Notes: a model not told the origin generated them from the letters alone. A stretch of DNA of 12,444 nucleotides from Caldisphaera sp. (GCA_049971805.1 JBMFKU010000033.1:1-12444), one strand, 5' to 3'. Positions 1 through 8,493 are shown, numbered from the stretch's first letter. Numbers and translations: made by a program.

Positions 1-196
1 CTACTGCACCATCAAACTTGGATTGATCTATTTTACTTAAATCATCAGTTGTAAAGTTTTCTTTTATTTGATTTGTTGATGAATCAGGTATCGATATTTC
101 TACTTCCTCACTAGGATCGATAAACAGAACTGGTTTAATCAGGGGAGACCATTTAAAATGGACATTTGATAAATTAAAACCATCTAATTTTTTCAA
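1..196 (-). CDS. Acetamidase/formamidase (FmdA/AmdA) family protein, N-terminal part; runs off the window edge
   Basis: Hand translation from TTG at 196: MKKLDGFNLSNVHFKWSPLIKPVLFIDPSEEVEISIPDSSTNQIKENFTTDDLSKIDQSKFDGAV. The H-x-x-W-S...PVL-x-I-x-P-x-E-x-V...D pattern leading to DGAV(G) matches FmdA/AmdA N-termini. SD GGTGA at 203-207. The TTG overlaps the upstream TGA (TTGA, 193-196). Confidence 0.75.
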   Translation of the reverse strand, partial: MKKLDGFNLSNVHFKWSPLIKPVLFIDPSEEVEISIPDSSTNQIKENFTTDDLSKIDQSKFDGAV

Positions 197-1296
197 ATTT
201 CTTCACCTTCCTCTAATGTGATTCTTAGATCTTTCTTTAAATAATAAATTATTGCGCCTATTAATAACAATGATATATGAGGACTCTTATATTTTTCATG
301 AGTTAATGAAAGTTTTGAGGGTAAAGCATTATCTTTTGCCATTGTGTACATATCTCTTGAACCTGCATTTATTATTGCAACTGTATCGACAAAACCACTA
401 TTAGCCATAAAGATAAATATAATTGATGCTAATATAAAACCTCCATACTTTACTGCCTCTAATAAACCTGGAACAAAATTGCTAAAATATGTGTTCATAT
501 TGTTAGGACCCCATCCTATTGTCATTGTATAACTTGCAAATGTAAAAAATAGGGCAAGGAGAATTATTGTAGCTATAACTCCTCTTCTTATATTTAAATG
601 TGCTTGTTTAGCTTCGCTACCCAAAAAAGTCATCGATCCCCAACCAGCATAAGAAGTGAACGCAAATACCATTCCTATGCCTACTCCAAGGACACCTAAT
701 GGCGAATATTTTAGAGAATATACTCCTGGATCCCATGGATGAGGAGATTTAACTAATATTATAATTCCCAGTAGGAAAATTAATATCATTTCTATTGTTC
801 CAGTATAAACACTATATCTTAATGAGGGCTTGATTCCAAAATAAGCTAGTAAGAAAGCTAGTATAGCAACTGCTAATCCTATAGGAAGCCAAGAATAACT
901 TGGTAGTGATATCCCTAATGCTTGCAAACCAAATATTACTGCCAAGGAAGTTTCAAAATAAATGAAAGGAGTAGCACCTATCACAGTATATAGCATATAT
1001 GTCCATCCACCAAAGGCTCCAACTTTAGACCCAAAACCTCTTTCTATATATCTATAATAACCACCGCTTGATGCAACAGAGCGAGAAAATTCATATACGA
1101 CGTAAGCTGCAGCCAAAATAGCAGGTATGGCTATTAAATAAGTTAATGGCAGAGCTCCATAAGCAAAAGCTGCAGCTCCAGTCATTGTTGCAAGCGCAGC
1201 GATGGCAGGTGCTGTAAAAGATATTGATTGAAAAATCAATTCCAAATAAGTTACACTATTTTTCGCTAACTGCTTATGTTCCCTCTTTTCTCCCAT
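193..1296 (-). CDS. APC-superfamily amino acid permease, apparently shortened (about 9 TM segments)
   Basis: APC motifs: FQSISFTAPA (TM1), SSGGYYRYIERGFG, FTSYAGWGSMTFLGSEAK (TM6), SRDMYTMAKDNALPSKLS..H..YKSPH. Start placed at ATG 1296 because the GTG at 1308 lies inside the SD AGGTG (1306-1310). Confidence 0.85.
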   Translation of the reverse strand: MGEKREHKQLAKNSVTYLELIFQSISFTAPAIAALATMTGAAAFAYGALPLTYLIAIPAILAAAYVVYEFSRSVASSGGYYRYIERGFGSKVGAFGGWTYMLYTVIGATPFIYFETSLAVIFGLQALGISLPSYSWLPIGLAVAILAFLLAYFGIKPSLRYSVYTGTIEMILIFLLGIIILVKSPHPWDPGVYSLKYSPLGVLGVGIGMVFAFTSYAGWGSMTFLGSEAKQAHLNIRRGVIATIILLALFFTFASYTMTIGWGPNNMNTYFSNFVPGLLEAVKYGGFILASIIFIFMANSGFVDTVAIINAGSRDMYTMAKDNALPSKLSLTHEKYKSPHISLLLIGAIIYYLKKDLRITLEEGEEI

Positions 1297-1333
1297 AAAA
1301 TTATACACCTGTTTACGGAAAAGTTAAAACATA

Positions 1334-1347
1334 TATTTAAAATTTTT
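1334..1347 (-). promoter_or_regulatory. Putative BRE/TATA promoter for the permease-amidase unit
   Basis: Minus strand reads AAAAAT-TTTAAATA, about 25 nt upstream of the SD at 1310. Confidence 0.45.
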
Positions 1348-1370
1348 TATACTCTTATAAGTATGTAAAT

Positions 1371-2771
1371 CTAATAAAAATATTCTAATAATTCCTTATA
1401 GTTTTCTAATCTCTTAATAATATTATTATACGCTTCATTTAATTGCAATCTTGGATCTGGTAAGTTTTTTTCTAAATCAAACATATTAATTGCCTTTTCT
1501 ATAGAGATTAGCTTAGCTAATAACCCATTTATTCTTGACAATTCTAAAGAAGAATTGGGAGCCATAGATACTACATCTTCCTGGGTTCCACTTGTAGGTA
1601 TTGAGTGAGAGCTCATAGGATTACTTATACCTCTTGAATATGCACTTAATTCTGCTGCTGTATACTGATATATCATGGCTCCAACAACACTTTTTTCTTT
1701 TACCAAAAATTCGCTTTTATTATTGATCTTATTATCAAGCATTTGAGAGATTCTTCTTTCTATTGAATTCATAACTGATATTAATGCTGTCTTTAAAAAA
1801 TCAGAGATCAATGCAGAATAAATTGCATGAAATTGACACGCATGATAGACAGTGTTATCATATACTATAGGATTATCGGAGGTGGAATTAGCCTCGTTTT
1901 CCAGAATTGATTTTGCATAGTCTATTAAGTCAAATACTGCTCCATATATTTGTGGTACACATCTTATACTGTAAGGATCCTGCAATCTTGGTGTCTTTTC
2001 ACATGGGTTATTTAAAACATCTATTACCTTTTTAACCCCTTTTTGCAATTTTGTCTCATAAACAGCCTTTGAAAAATGCTGATTATTACAACCAGTTAAT
2101 TTTAATGACTCTTTAATTACATCTATTGAAATATTTAACAAATTTTCTGCTAGGTATGTATTGATTAATGATAAACCAGTGCTCCATGCATTACTATTAA
2201 TTAGCGCTAAGGCTTCACCAAATTTTAAATCTAATGTATTTAAACCATTTTGTTTTAACGCATGATTGCAATCAATTATGCTATCATTATAATAAGAGCT
2301 TCCTTCCCCATATATTATACATCTAAATATTCTAGCTAATGGAGATAAATCTCCGCTAGCACCAACACTTCCTAAAATTGGTACTACAGGAATTATGCCA
2401 TAATTTATCGAATCTTTTAATCTATCAATAATAATAGATCTTATTGGTGAATTTCCTTTACTTAGTTGAATCAGTCTAACAAGCATTGTAATCTTAGAAA
2501 AGATTTTAGGGGCAGGCTTGCCTATAGATGTATCATGCTCCATCAATATTATCCTTTCTCTATCGTAGTCTAAGTTTTTCTCTTCTTTATTAATTAATGC
2601 ACCTAAGCTGGTTGAATATCCATATATTTTACTTTTTGAAGCTTCATTTTCATATATTTCTCTTGAAAAGTTAAGTTTTTCTCTAACTTTATTACAAATT
2701 TCTATCTTAGAAAATAGATATTTATCAAAGATTTCATTAAATGCTACTTTGTCATCACATATTATAGTCAT
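1371..2771 (-). CDS. hutH: Histidine ammonia-lyase (MIO-dependent aromatic amino acid lyase family)
   Basis: MIO motif GSVGASGDLSPLA; lid Tyr (IYGYSTSLG); His in ILMEHD (HAL His83 position); LALINS; QDPYSIRCVPQ; SDNP; FHA; AMIYQYTAA; TQEDVVSMA with the HAL-type Glu. SD GGTGA at 2778-2782. Confidence 0.8.
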   Translation of the reverse strand: MTIICDDKVAFNEIFDKYLFSKIEICNKVREKLNFSREIYENEASKSKIYGYSTSLGALINKEEKNLDYDRERIILMEHDTSIGKPAPKIFSKITMLVRLIQLSKGNSPIRSIIIDRLKDSINYGIIPVVPILGSVGASGDLSPLARIFRCIIYGEGSSYYNDSIIDCNHALKQNGLNTLDLKFGEALALINSNAWSTGLSLINTYLAENLLNISIDVIKESLKLTGCNNQHFSKAVYETKLQKGVKKVIDVLNNPCEKTPRLQDPYSIRCVPQIYGAVFDLIDYAKSILENEANSTSDNPIVYDNTVYHACQFHAIYSALISDFLKTALISVMNSIERRISQMLDNKINNKSEFLVKEKSVVGAMIYQYTAAELSAYSRGISNPMSSHSIPTSGTQEDVVSMAPNSSLELSRINGLLAKLISIEKAINMFDLEKNLPDPRLQLNEAYNNIIKRLENYKELLEYFY

Positions 2772-2812
2772 TTAATATCACCAAACAACTGAATAACTTT
2801 TTAAGAAATTAA

Positions 2813-2824
2813 GTTTATATAAAC
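2813..2824 (-). promoter_or_regulatory. Putative TATA box of hutH within the perfect palindrome GTTTATATAAAC
   Basis: TTTATATA on the minus strand (2816-2823), about 35 nt upstream of the SD. Confidence 0.45.
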
Positions 2825-3032
2825 AATTATAATTACAAAAGTATAGATGATTAATTGCTTTGCTTAACAGTTAATGAACTTTTATCTTTTCTGCCCTAAA
2901 ATGCATGATTTAATTGCTATTTTTATAGTATCAAAGATCCATGGAAAATTCTATATATTTAATCTTAAATATCTTTAATGTAAATGATAGGAAAAAGATT
3001 AATTTAAAAAATAACTAATAAAATTAAATAAT

Positions 3033-3746
3033 TTATATATTTAATAAGTTGTTAAAATATCTCTTAGCATCATTAAATTCGTTTACTATTTTCACACTGC
3101 TGCTAGTACCCAATATATCTGCACCAACATACAGAAACATAATTGCTTGAATTGCTGTTTTAATTCCTCCTGAGGCTTTAATTTTTTGGTTTTTACTAAC
3201 ACTATTTTTTATAATTAATATATCATCAATAGTAACCCCTCGTGGACCAAAACCAGTAGATGTTTTAATAAAATCCCCTTTGTTTTCTTCTATTATCTTT
3301 GATATTTTTATAATACTATTTTTACTTAAATAACCGGTTTCAATTATAAATTTTATTTTTGCTCCTAATTGATGAGCTAATTCTGTTAATTCCCTAATTT
3401 CTTTAGATACATCATCTATTTTGTTTGATAACAAATCCATTAAATTTATAACAACATCGACCTCTCTTGCACCATAATCAATCGCTTTTTCTAATTGTAC
3501 CTTTTTGATTTCCAAAGGATCATTGCCCATTGGAAAGCTTATTACTGATGTTAAAGGAATATTAGATATTTCTGATGCAAATCTAACAGCTGATAAAGGT
3601 AATACAAGAGATCTAAATCCATATTTCTTAACTTCCTCTATTCCTCTAATAATACCATCATATCCATCTTCTGGCTTAAGAATTGTATGATCGATTTTCT
3701 CGGGTAACTCTTTTTCATTAAGAGGTAACGAATTAACTCTGCTCAA
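3033..3746 (-). CDS. deoC: Deoxyribose-phosphate aldolase
   Basis: IDHTILKP, VISFPMG, GAREVDVVIN, KFIIETGYL, DFIKTSTGFG (Schiff-base Lys), KIKASGGIKT, GADILGTSS. TTG start preceded by GGTG. Confidence 0.93.
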   Translation of the reverse strand: MSRVNSLPLNEKELPEKIDHTILKPEDGYDGIIRGIEEVKKYGFRSLVLPLSAVRFASEISNIPLTSVISFPMGNDPLEIKKVQLEKAIDYGAREVDVVINLMDLLSNKIDDVSKEIRELTELAHQLGAKIKFIIETGYLSKNSIIKISKIIEENKGDFIKTSTGFGPRGVTIDDILIIKNSVSKNQKIKASGGIKTAIQAIMFLYVGADILGTSSSVKIVNEFNDAKRYFNNLLNI

Positions 3747-4387
3747 ATTTCCTGCACCAATAAATTTTAAAAGATATAGATATTTATTTTGATATAATTA
3801 TTATTGAAGAAATAAAGAAAAATGTTATAGTTTTGAGCGAATTATCTCAAATGTTGCACTGATAGTAAAGGAAATGAAAACATTAATAGATAAAATATCT
3901 TAAATTGCCAAAATGCAATATACGATTGTGAAAATCAATAATTTTAAAGCAAAAATTCTACAAAGATACTAAAGTAGTTTTACATAAGGTATCTTTTTAT
4001 AATGCATAGATTTCTCAATTTTGTATAAAACAGTTTAATTCGATGTAATATAGAAAAATTTATATTATTATGAATGATTTTAATTAATTCATGGCACTAT
4101 TTCAAATAAAAGGTTATATTTAATACAAGCTCTTCTCAACATAAACTTATTAGAAAATCCAAGGGTTTACCTGAATGCATAAATAACTTTTTAAAATTAA
4201 TTAATAAATTATAATTCAATAAACCTATTACTATGCAAAATAAATTTATTATCATTAAAGAACAAAAATAAGCAATCCTCTTATTTTAAAGGTTCTCATA
4301 AAAACAGTTAATTACTTTTTAAAATAAAAAAGTCCTTATAATTATCATTTTTAAACTTATATTTTTAAAATAGGATAGGGTGTCCAG

Positions 4388-5603
4388 ATGATTGTCTACG
4401 ATAAAATAAAAAAATATATCTTTTACAGCATGTCCATGTCAATGCTTCTCTACGGTTTTTCTATAACATTGGGTTCTTTGCTAACACAGATTAATTTTTA
4501 TCCAAAAAGTATAGACATATACCTATTAGTAACACCTCCATTATCTTTACTCTTAGGAAATATATTATTTGGACGAATTGCAGATAAAATAGGAAGGAGA
4601 CCCGTATTGGTTATCACACCAATTTTATTTTCTATAGGTATATTTTTATTTTTATTACCTAATCCATATGTATCTTTAACAGGAGTAAATATACTTCTTT
4701 TCTCTATGTATCTTTAACAGGAGTAAATATACTTCTTTTCTCTATAGCCGGTGGAGATGAGCCTGCAATAATTTCATATGCTAGTGAAATCTTATACAGT
4801 GATGATAGAGGAAAAATAATGATGATTATAACAAATTTCGCTAACATAGGAGCATTAATATCATCATTCGTCTTCATAATTTTTAGATATTATATAGTTA
4901 TAAAAATTGTTGTAAGCATTGTTTTGTTTATATCTCTTTTAACTTCTTATATATTTAGAAATAAGCTTCCTGAATCCAATTTATGGCTTAAATCAAATAT
5001 TAAAAAAATAAAAATTACAAAGCAAAATCCAATAAAAATAATTGCTTTACTATTCATATCAATTTCTACGATATTAACATATGGTTTAATATCATGGGTA
5101 ATAGGTCCATATTATTATCCAAGTATGACTTATTATATTATAATGCTATTCAATTTGGGAAACATTACAGGGGGGATTATAGGATATATAATTATAGACT
5201 ATATTAAGAGAAATTCATTTGTATTTTTAGGATTTATTGGAGGACTTTTATCTTCACTATTATTACTTTTAATCCTTCACGTATATAGCAATTATATTAT
5301 TTTCTTCTCATTAGTTGTTGCAAATGGGTTATTCACTCAATTAACTTGGGGATCTAGGTTAATATTAGAAGGGGAATTATTTGCAACAAAAATTAGGGCA
5401 AGCAGCATATCTTTAATAAGAAGCTCTGGGTGGATTATTTACATTATTTCAGTCCTTTTTACATTTAATTTAGTATATATTCATTTCAAATATATGATAT
5501 TTTATTTTGGGTTATAGGGTTATCTGGCTCTGCTGTGTGGTATGTATACGGAATAGATACAAGAAAACTACCTGTCGAAAAATTAGACGAGATAATAAAC
5601 TGA
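4388..5603 (+). pseudogene. MFS transporter with two frameshifts (about 392 aa when restored)
   Basis: MFS motif A (GRIADKIGRR) in ORF 4388-4717. Removing one 38-bp repeat copy gives LLFSIAGGDEPAIISYASEILYSDDRGK, in frame with ORF 4819-5517 (ELFATKIRASS). A shift after 5468 continues SIYSFQIYDILFWVIGLSGSAVWYVYGIDTRKLPVEKLDEIIN* (TGA 5601-5603), a typical TM12 plus ETKG-like tail. Confidence 0.85.
4667..4745 (+). repeat. Perfect 38-bp tandem duplication
   Basis: TATGTATCTTTAACAGGAGTAAATATACTTCTTTTCTC at 4667-4704 and 4705-4742, followed by TAT (3-nt microhomology). Confidence 0.97.
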
Positions 5604-5648
5604 TTTATTAACTCCTATAATTTTAACAATTATATATGGTGAAAAAAT

Positions 5649-6545
5649 TTGGAGTTAAAAGGCGTAGTAGTTCCTATGATAACTCCTTTCAATTCGAAAG
5701 GTGAAATAGACTATGAAGGATTAAAATGGTTGATAGACTATACAATAAATAACGGTGTTAACGCTTTATTTCCAAACTCTACTACGGGGGAATTCGTGCA
5801 TTTAAATGAAGAAGAGCTGATAAATTTTGTAAGAAAAACTATCGAATTTTCAAATAAGAAAGTACCTATATTACCTGGAATTACCACAAATATAACCCAA
5901 TTATCCATATCTTTAGGTAAAAAATACTTAGATTATGGTGCTGATGGGTTAATTATCATGCCTCCATTCTTTTATAAGCTGTCGGAAAATGATCTTTATT
6001 TACATTTTTCTAAGGTAGCGGAATCTCTCGATGCCTCAATTATAATTTATAATAATCCTTCTACAACTGGAGTTGTGATACCAATAAGCATATATGAAAA
6101 GCTAGCAAGAGAACATAGTAATGTAATAGGAGCTAAAATAACATATGACAGCTTTGATTATATAAGAAAAACAATTGATGGGGTAAAAAGTATTAGAAAG
6201 GATTTTTATGTCTTAACAGGTATGGTTCAGATGTTTTTACCAATTTTAATAATGGGAGGCGATGGAACAGTTTCAGGGTTAGCTAATGTATTCCCTAAAT
6301 TGCACGTCGAATTGTATAAAGAGTTTATTAATAGGAATTACAATAAAGCCTTGGAAATTAATAAAAAAATAATGCTTATATCGAAGATCTATGATATAGG
6401 TTTCTCAAATACAAGCGCAACTAAAACTGCTTTAGAATTGATAGGTAGCCCAATTAAAGGCTATGTCAGAATGCCTCTTAGGGAGGATAGCATAGAAAAT
6501 AAGGAAAAGATCAAGAAAATAATTGACGAGGTTAATTCAATGTAA
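5649..6545 (+). CDS. Dihydrodipicolinate synthase / N-acetylneuraminate lyase family protein (class I aldolase), substrate unknown
   Basis: GVVVPMITPF, NSTTGEF, GADGLIIMPPFF, IIIYNNPSTTG, VIGAKIT (Schiff-base Lys), GGDGTVSGLAN, VRMPL. SD GGTGA 5638-5642, TTG start. No lysine-biosynthesis neighbours, so dapA is not assigned. Confidence 0.9.
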   Translation: MELKGVVVPMITPFNSKGEIDYEGLKWLIDYTINNGVNALFPNSTTGEFVHLNEEELINFVRKTIEFSNKKVPILPGITTNITQLSISLGKKYLDYGADGLIIMPPFFYKLSENDLYLHFSKVAESLDASIIIYNNPSTTGVVIPISIYEKLAREHSNVIGAKITYDSFDYIRKTIDGVKSIRKDFYVLTGMVQMFLPILIMGGDGTVSGLANVFPKLHVELYKEFINRNYNKALEINKKIMLISKIYDIGFSNTSATKTALELIGSPIKGYVRMPLREDSIENKEKIKKIIDEVNSM

Positions 6546-6755
6546 TGAGCAATAGCATAAATTTAGCAAGTTAAATAAAGCTTTTTAATTGATTTTAATT
6601 AAATAATTAGATTAATAATTTAAATTAAAGTTACGATTTGCTAAAGGATTAACAGAAGATAATTAAATTCTTTGCAAAACCTATGTTTAGAAAAATTCAA
6701 TCAAATATATTAAGGCAAAATAACATTGATTTTATTGCAAAATTTCTCTATTAGC

Positions 6756-6787
6756 AGGTATAAAAAATTTTAATTAAGGTATAAAAA
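6756..6787 (-). terminator. Tandem oligo-T terminator candidate after sufB
   Basis: TTTTTATACCT occurs twice on the minus strand (6777-6787 and 6756-6766, period 21) directly after the sufB stop. Confidence 0.45.
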
Positions 6788-8209
6788 TTACCCAACTCCG
6801 CCAAGTTGGCTAAATTCAAGCCCTATTACCTTTACTAATATTCCAACGGTTTCTAGAGGAAGCCCTCTAAGAACATCTCTTATGAATCCATTGACTATCA
6901 TTGCCTTAGCTTCTTCTTCTTTTATACCTCTTGATGCGAGATAAAAGAGCTGGTCTTCACCCAACTTACCAACTGTGGCCTCATGTGTAACCTCAGCAGT
7001 TGGCTCATCAACCTCATTTCTTGGAAGAGTATATGCTTTGCTTTTATCATCTAATATTAAACTATCGCATTGTACATGAGCTATACTGTGCTTAGCTCCT
7101 TTCAATACCTTTACTAAACCTCTATATCCAGCATTACCTCCTCTTGCACTTATGCTCTTTGAAATTATCATGCTTCTGGTTTCAGGTGCAACATGTATTG
7201 CTTTTGCACCAACATCCTTAACCTTTCCAAGCCCATTAGCAACACCTATTGAAATGTTTCTTGTAGAAGCTCCTGTACCCTTGAGTATTGTAGCTGGATA
7301 AGCAACAGTATATTTGCTTCCTATGCTTCCTTCAACCCATTCAATGTTTGCATGGTCTTCTGCTATTGCTCTTTTGTTGCTAAATGATATAATTTCACCG
7401 CTCCAATTCTGTATTGTAGTAAAGTGAACCTCCGCTCTCTTTTTTGCATATATCTCAACTGTACCGTCATGGAAACTATATTTATAAAGTGCAGGAGCCG
7501 CACAACCCTCTATGAAGTGTATAAAGCTATCATCATCTGCAATTATAAGTATATGTTCAAATTGTCCAACTAGTTCGCTACCTATTACAAAAAACGCCTC
7601 AACAGGATTTCTTATCTTAACACCTTTTGGCACATAAACAAATGCTCCACCACTCCAAAGTGCATAATGGAGCGCGGAAAACTTGTGATCCATAGTCGGA
7701 TATACATGCGCAAAGTACTCTTTCACTATGTCTGGATATTTTCTTACAGCTTCATCCATAGTGGTAAATATTACATTCTTTGCCTTAAGTTCCTCCTTAA
7801 CTGTAGTCATCACATTTTCACTATCATAAATCGTAGTAAGACCAGAAAGGAGTCTGGCCTCTTCCTCAGGCAAGCCTAGCTTTGCATAAGTTTCTTTAAT
7901 CCAATCAGGTAAATCTTCCCAGGTCTCTGTAAAATTTATTTTTGGTTTTATGTAAGCTGTAAGATTTTCAAGATCTATACTTTCTATTTCGAGCCAGTTT
8001 GGCATGCGAAGCTTCTCGAAAGCTTCAAGCGATTTAAGCCTAAAGAGCCTCATCCAATCAGGCTCTCTCTTAATTTTTGAGATTTCTTCAACAATATCTC
8101 TTGATACCCCACCTCTTATCTCAATCTCCTTAGAATAAGGGATAGCCTTTGCTATAATATTTTCGCTTGTAAAATTTATGACATCCTTGAGCTCATTATC
8201 CCTTGCCAA
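6788..8209 (-). CDS. sufB: Fe-S cluster assembly scaffold protein SufB
   Basis: EEISKIKREPDWMRLFRLKS, KFSALHYALWSGGAFVYVPKGV, GQFEHILII, IEGCAAP, TIQNW, ISKSIS, VQCDSLIL, VTHEATVGK, LFYLASRGI. SD AGGAGG, TTG start. Confidence 0.93.
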   Translation of the reverse strand: MARDNELKDVINFTSENIIAKAIPYSKEIEIRGGVSRDIVEEISKIKREPDWMRLFRLKSLEAFEKLRMPNWLEIESIDLENLTAYIKPKINFTETWEDLPDWIKETYAKLGLPEEEARLLSGLTTIYDSENVMTTVKEELKAKNVIFTTMDEAVRKYPDIVKEYFAHVYPTMDHKFSALHYALWSGGAFVYVPKGVKIRNPVEAFFVIGSELVGQFEHILIIADDDSFIHFIEGCAAPALYKYSFHDGTVEIYAKKRAEVHFTTIQNWSGEIISFSNKRAIAEDHANIEWVEGSIGSKYTVAYPATILKGTGASTRNISIGVANGLGKVKDVGAKAIHVAPETRSMIISKSISARGGNAGYRGLVKVLKGAKHSIAHVQCDSLILDDKSKAYTLPRNEVDEPTAEVTHEATVGKLGEDQLFYLASRGIKEEEAKAMIVNGFIRDVLRGLPLETVGILVKVIGLEFSQLGGVG

Positions 8210-8241
8210 CTTACTATCCCCTCCTATTCCTGTTACTCTCG

Positions 8242-8322
8242 TTATATAGCAAATCTTTTAGATTATAGCTATACTTATATATATATTATTCGACTGGCCG
8301 GTTAGAGTATATAAAACTATCG
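8242..8322 (-). promoter_or_regulatory. Putative sufB promoter with candidate operator/leader hairpin
   Basis: Minus strand CGATAGT-TTTATATA (8308-8322). Near-palindrome ACTGGCCGGT at 8293-8302. Imperfect inverted repeat TATAGC-A-AATCT-TTT-AGATT-ATA-GCTATA at 8245-8273. Confidence 0.4.
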
Positions 8323-8493
8323 ATGTTCTTTAGTTAATATATCACAAATTACAAAAAATTAAGCCACAGATTCTATTATATAGCATGCTAAGCAAAGAAT
8401 TTGAAAAAATTGGTAATAAAATCAAAATGACCGTAAATAGATATTATTGAAATGGGTGAATTCATACAATGATAACAAAAATCATTTATCATA

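Noticed and set aside
344-532. 62-aa plus-strand ORF
   Set aside because: Antisense shadow inside the APC permease; no motif.
1349-1364. ATACT-N6-AGTAT inverted repeat upstream of the permease promoter
   Set aside because: Only 5-bp AT-rich arms; expected by chance.
3505-3690. 61-aa plus-strand ORF
   Set aside because: Antisense shadow of deoC.
3962-3996. 8-bp inverted repeat AAAGATAC/GTATCTTT
   Set aside because: Short, AT-rich and single, with no supporting context.
4667-4745. 38-bp repeat as a CRISPR repeat
   Set aside because: The copies are directly adjacent with no spacer, lie in coding sequence, and no cas genes are present.
7667-7879. 70-aa plus-strand ORF
   Set aside because: Antisense shadow of sufB.
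6788-8209. Intein in SufB
   Set aside because: Length (473 aa) and motif continuity are normal; there is no insertion after the GC motif.
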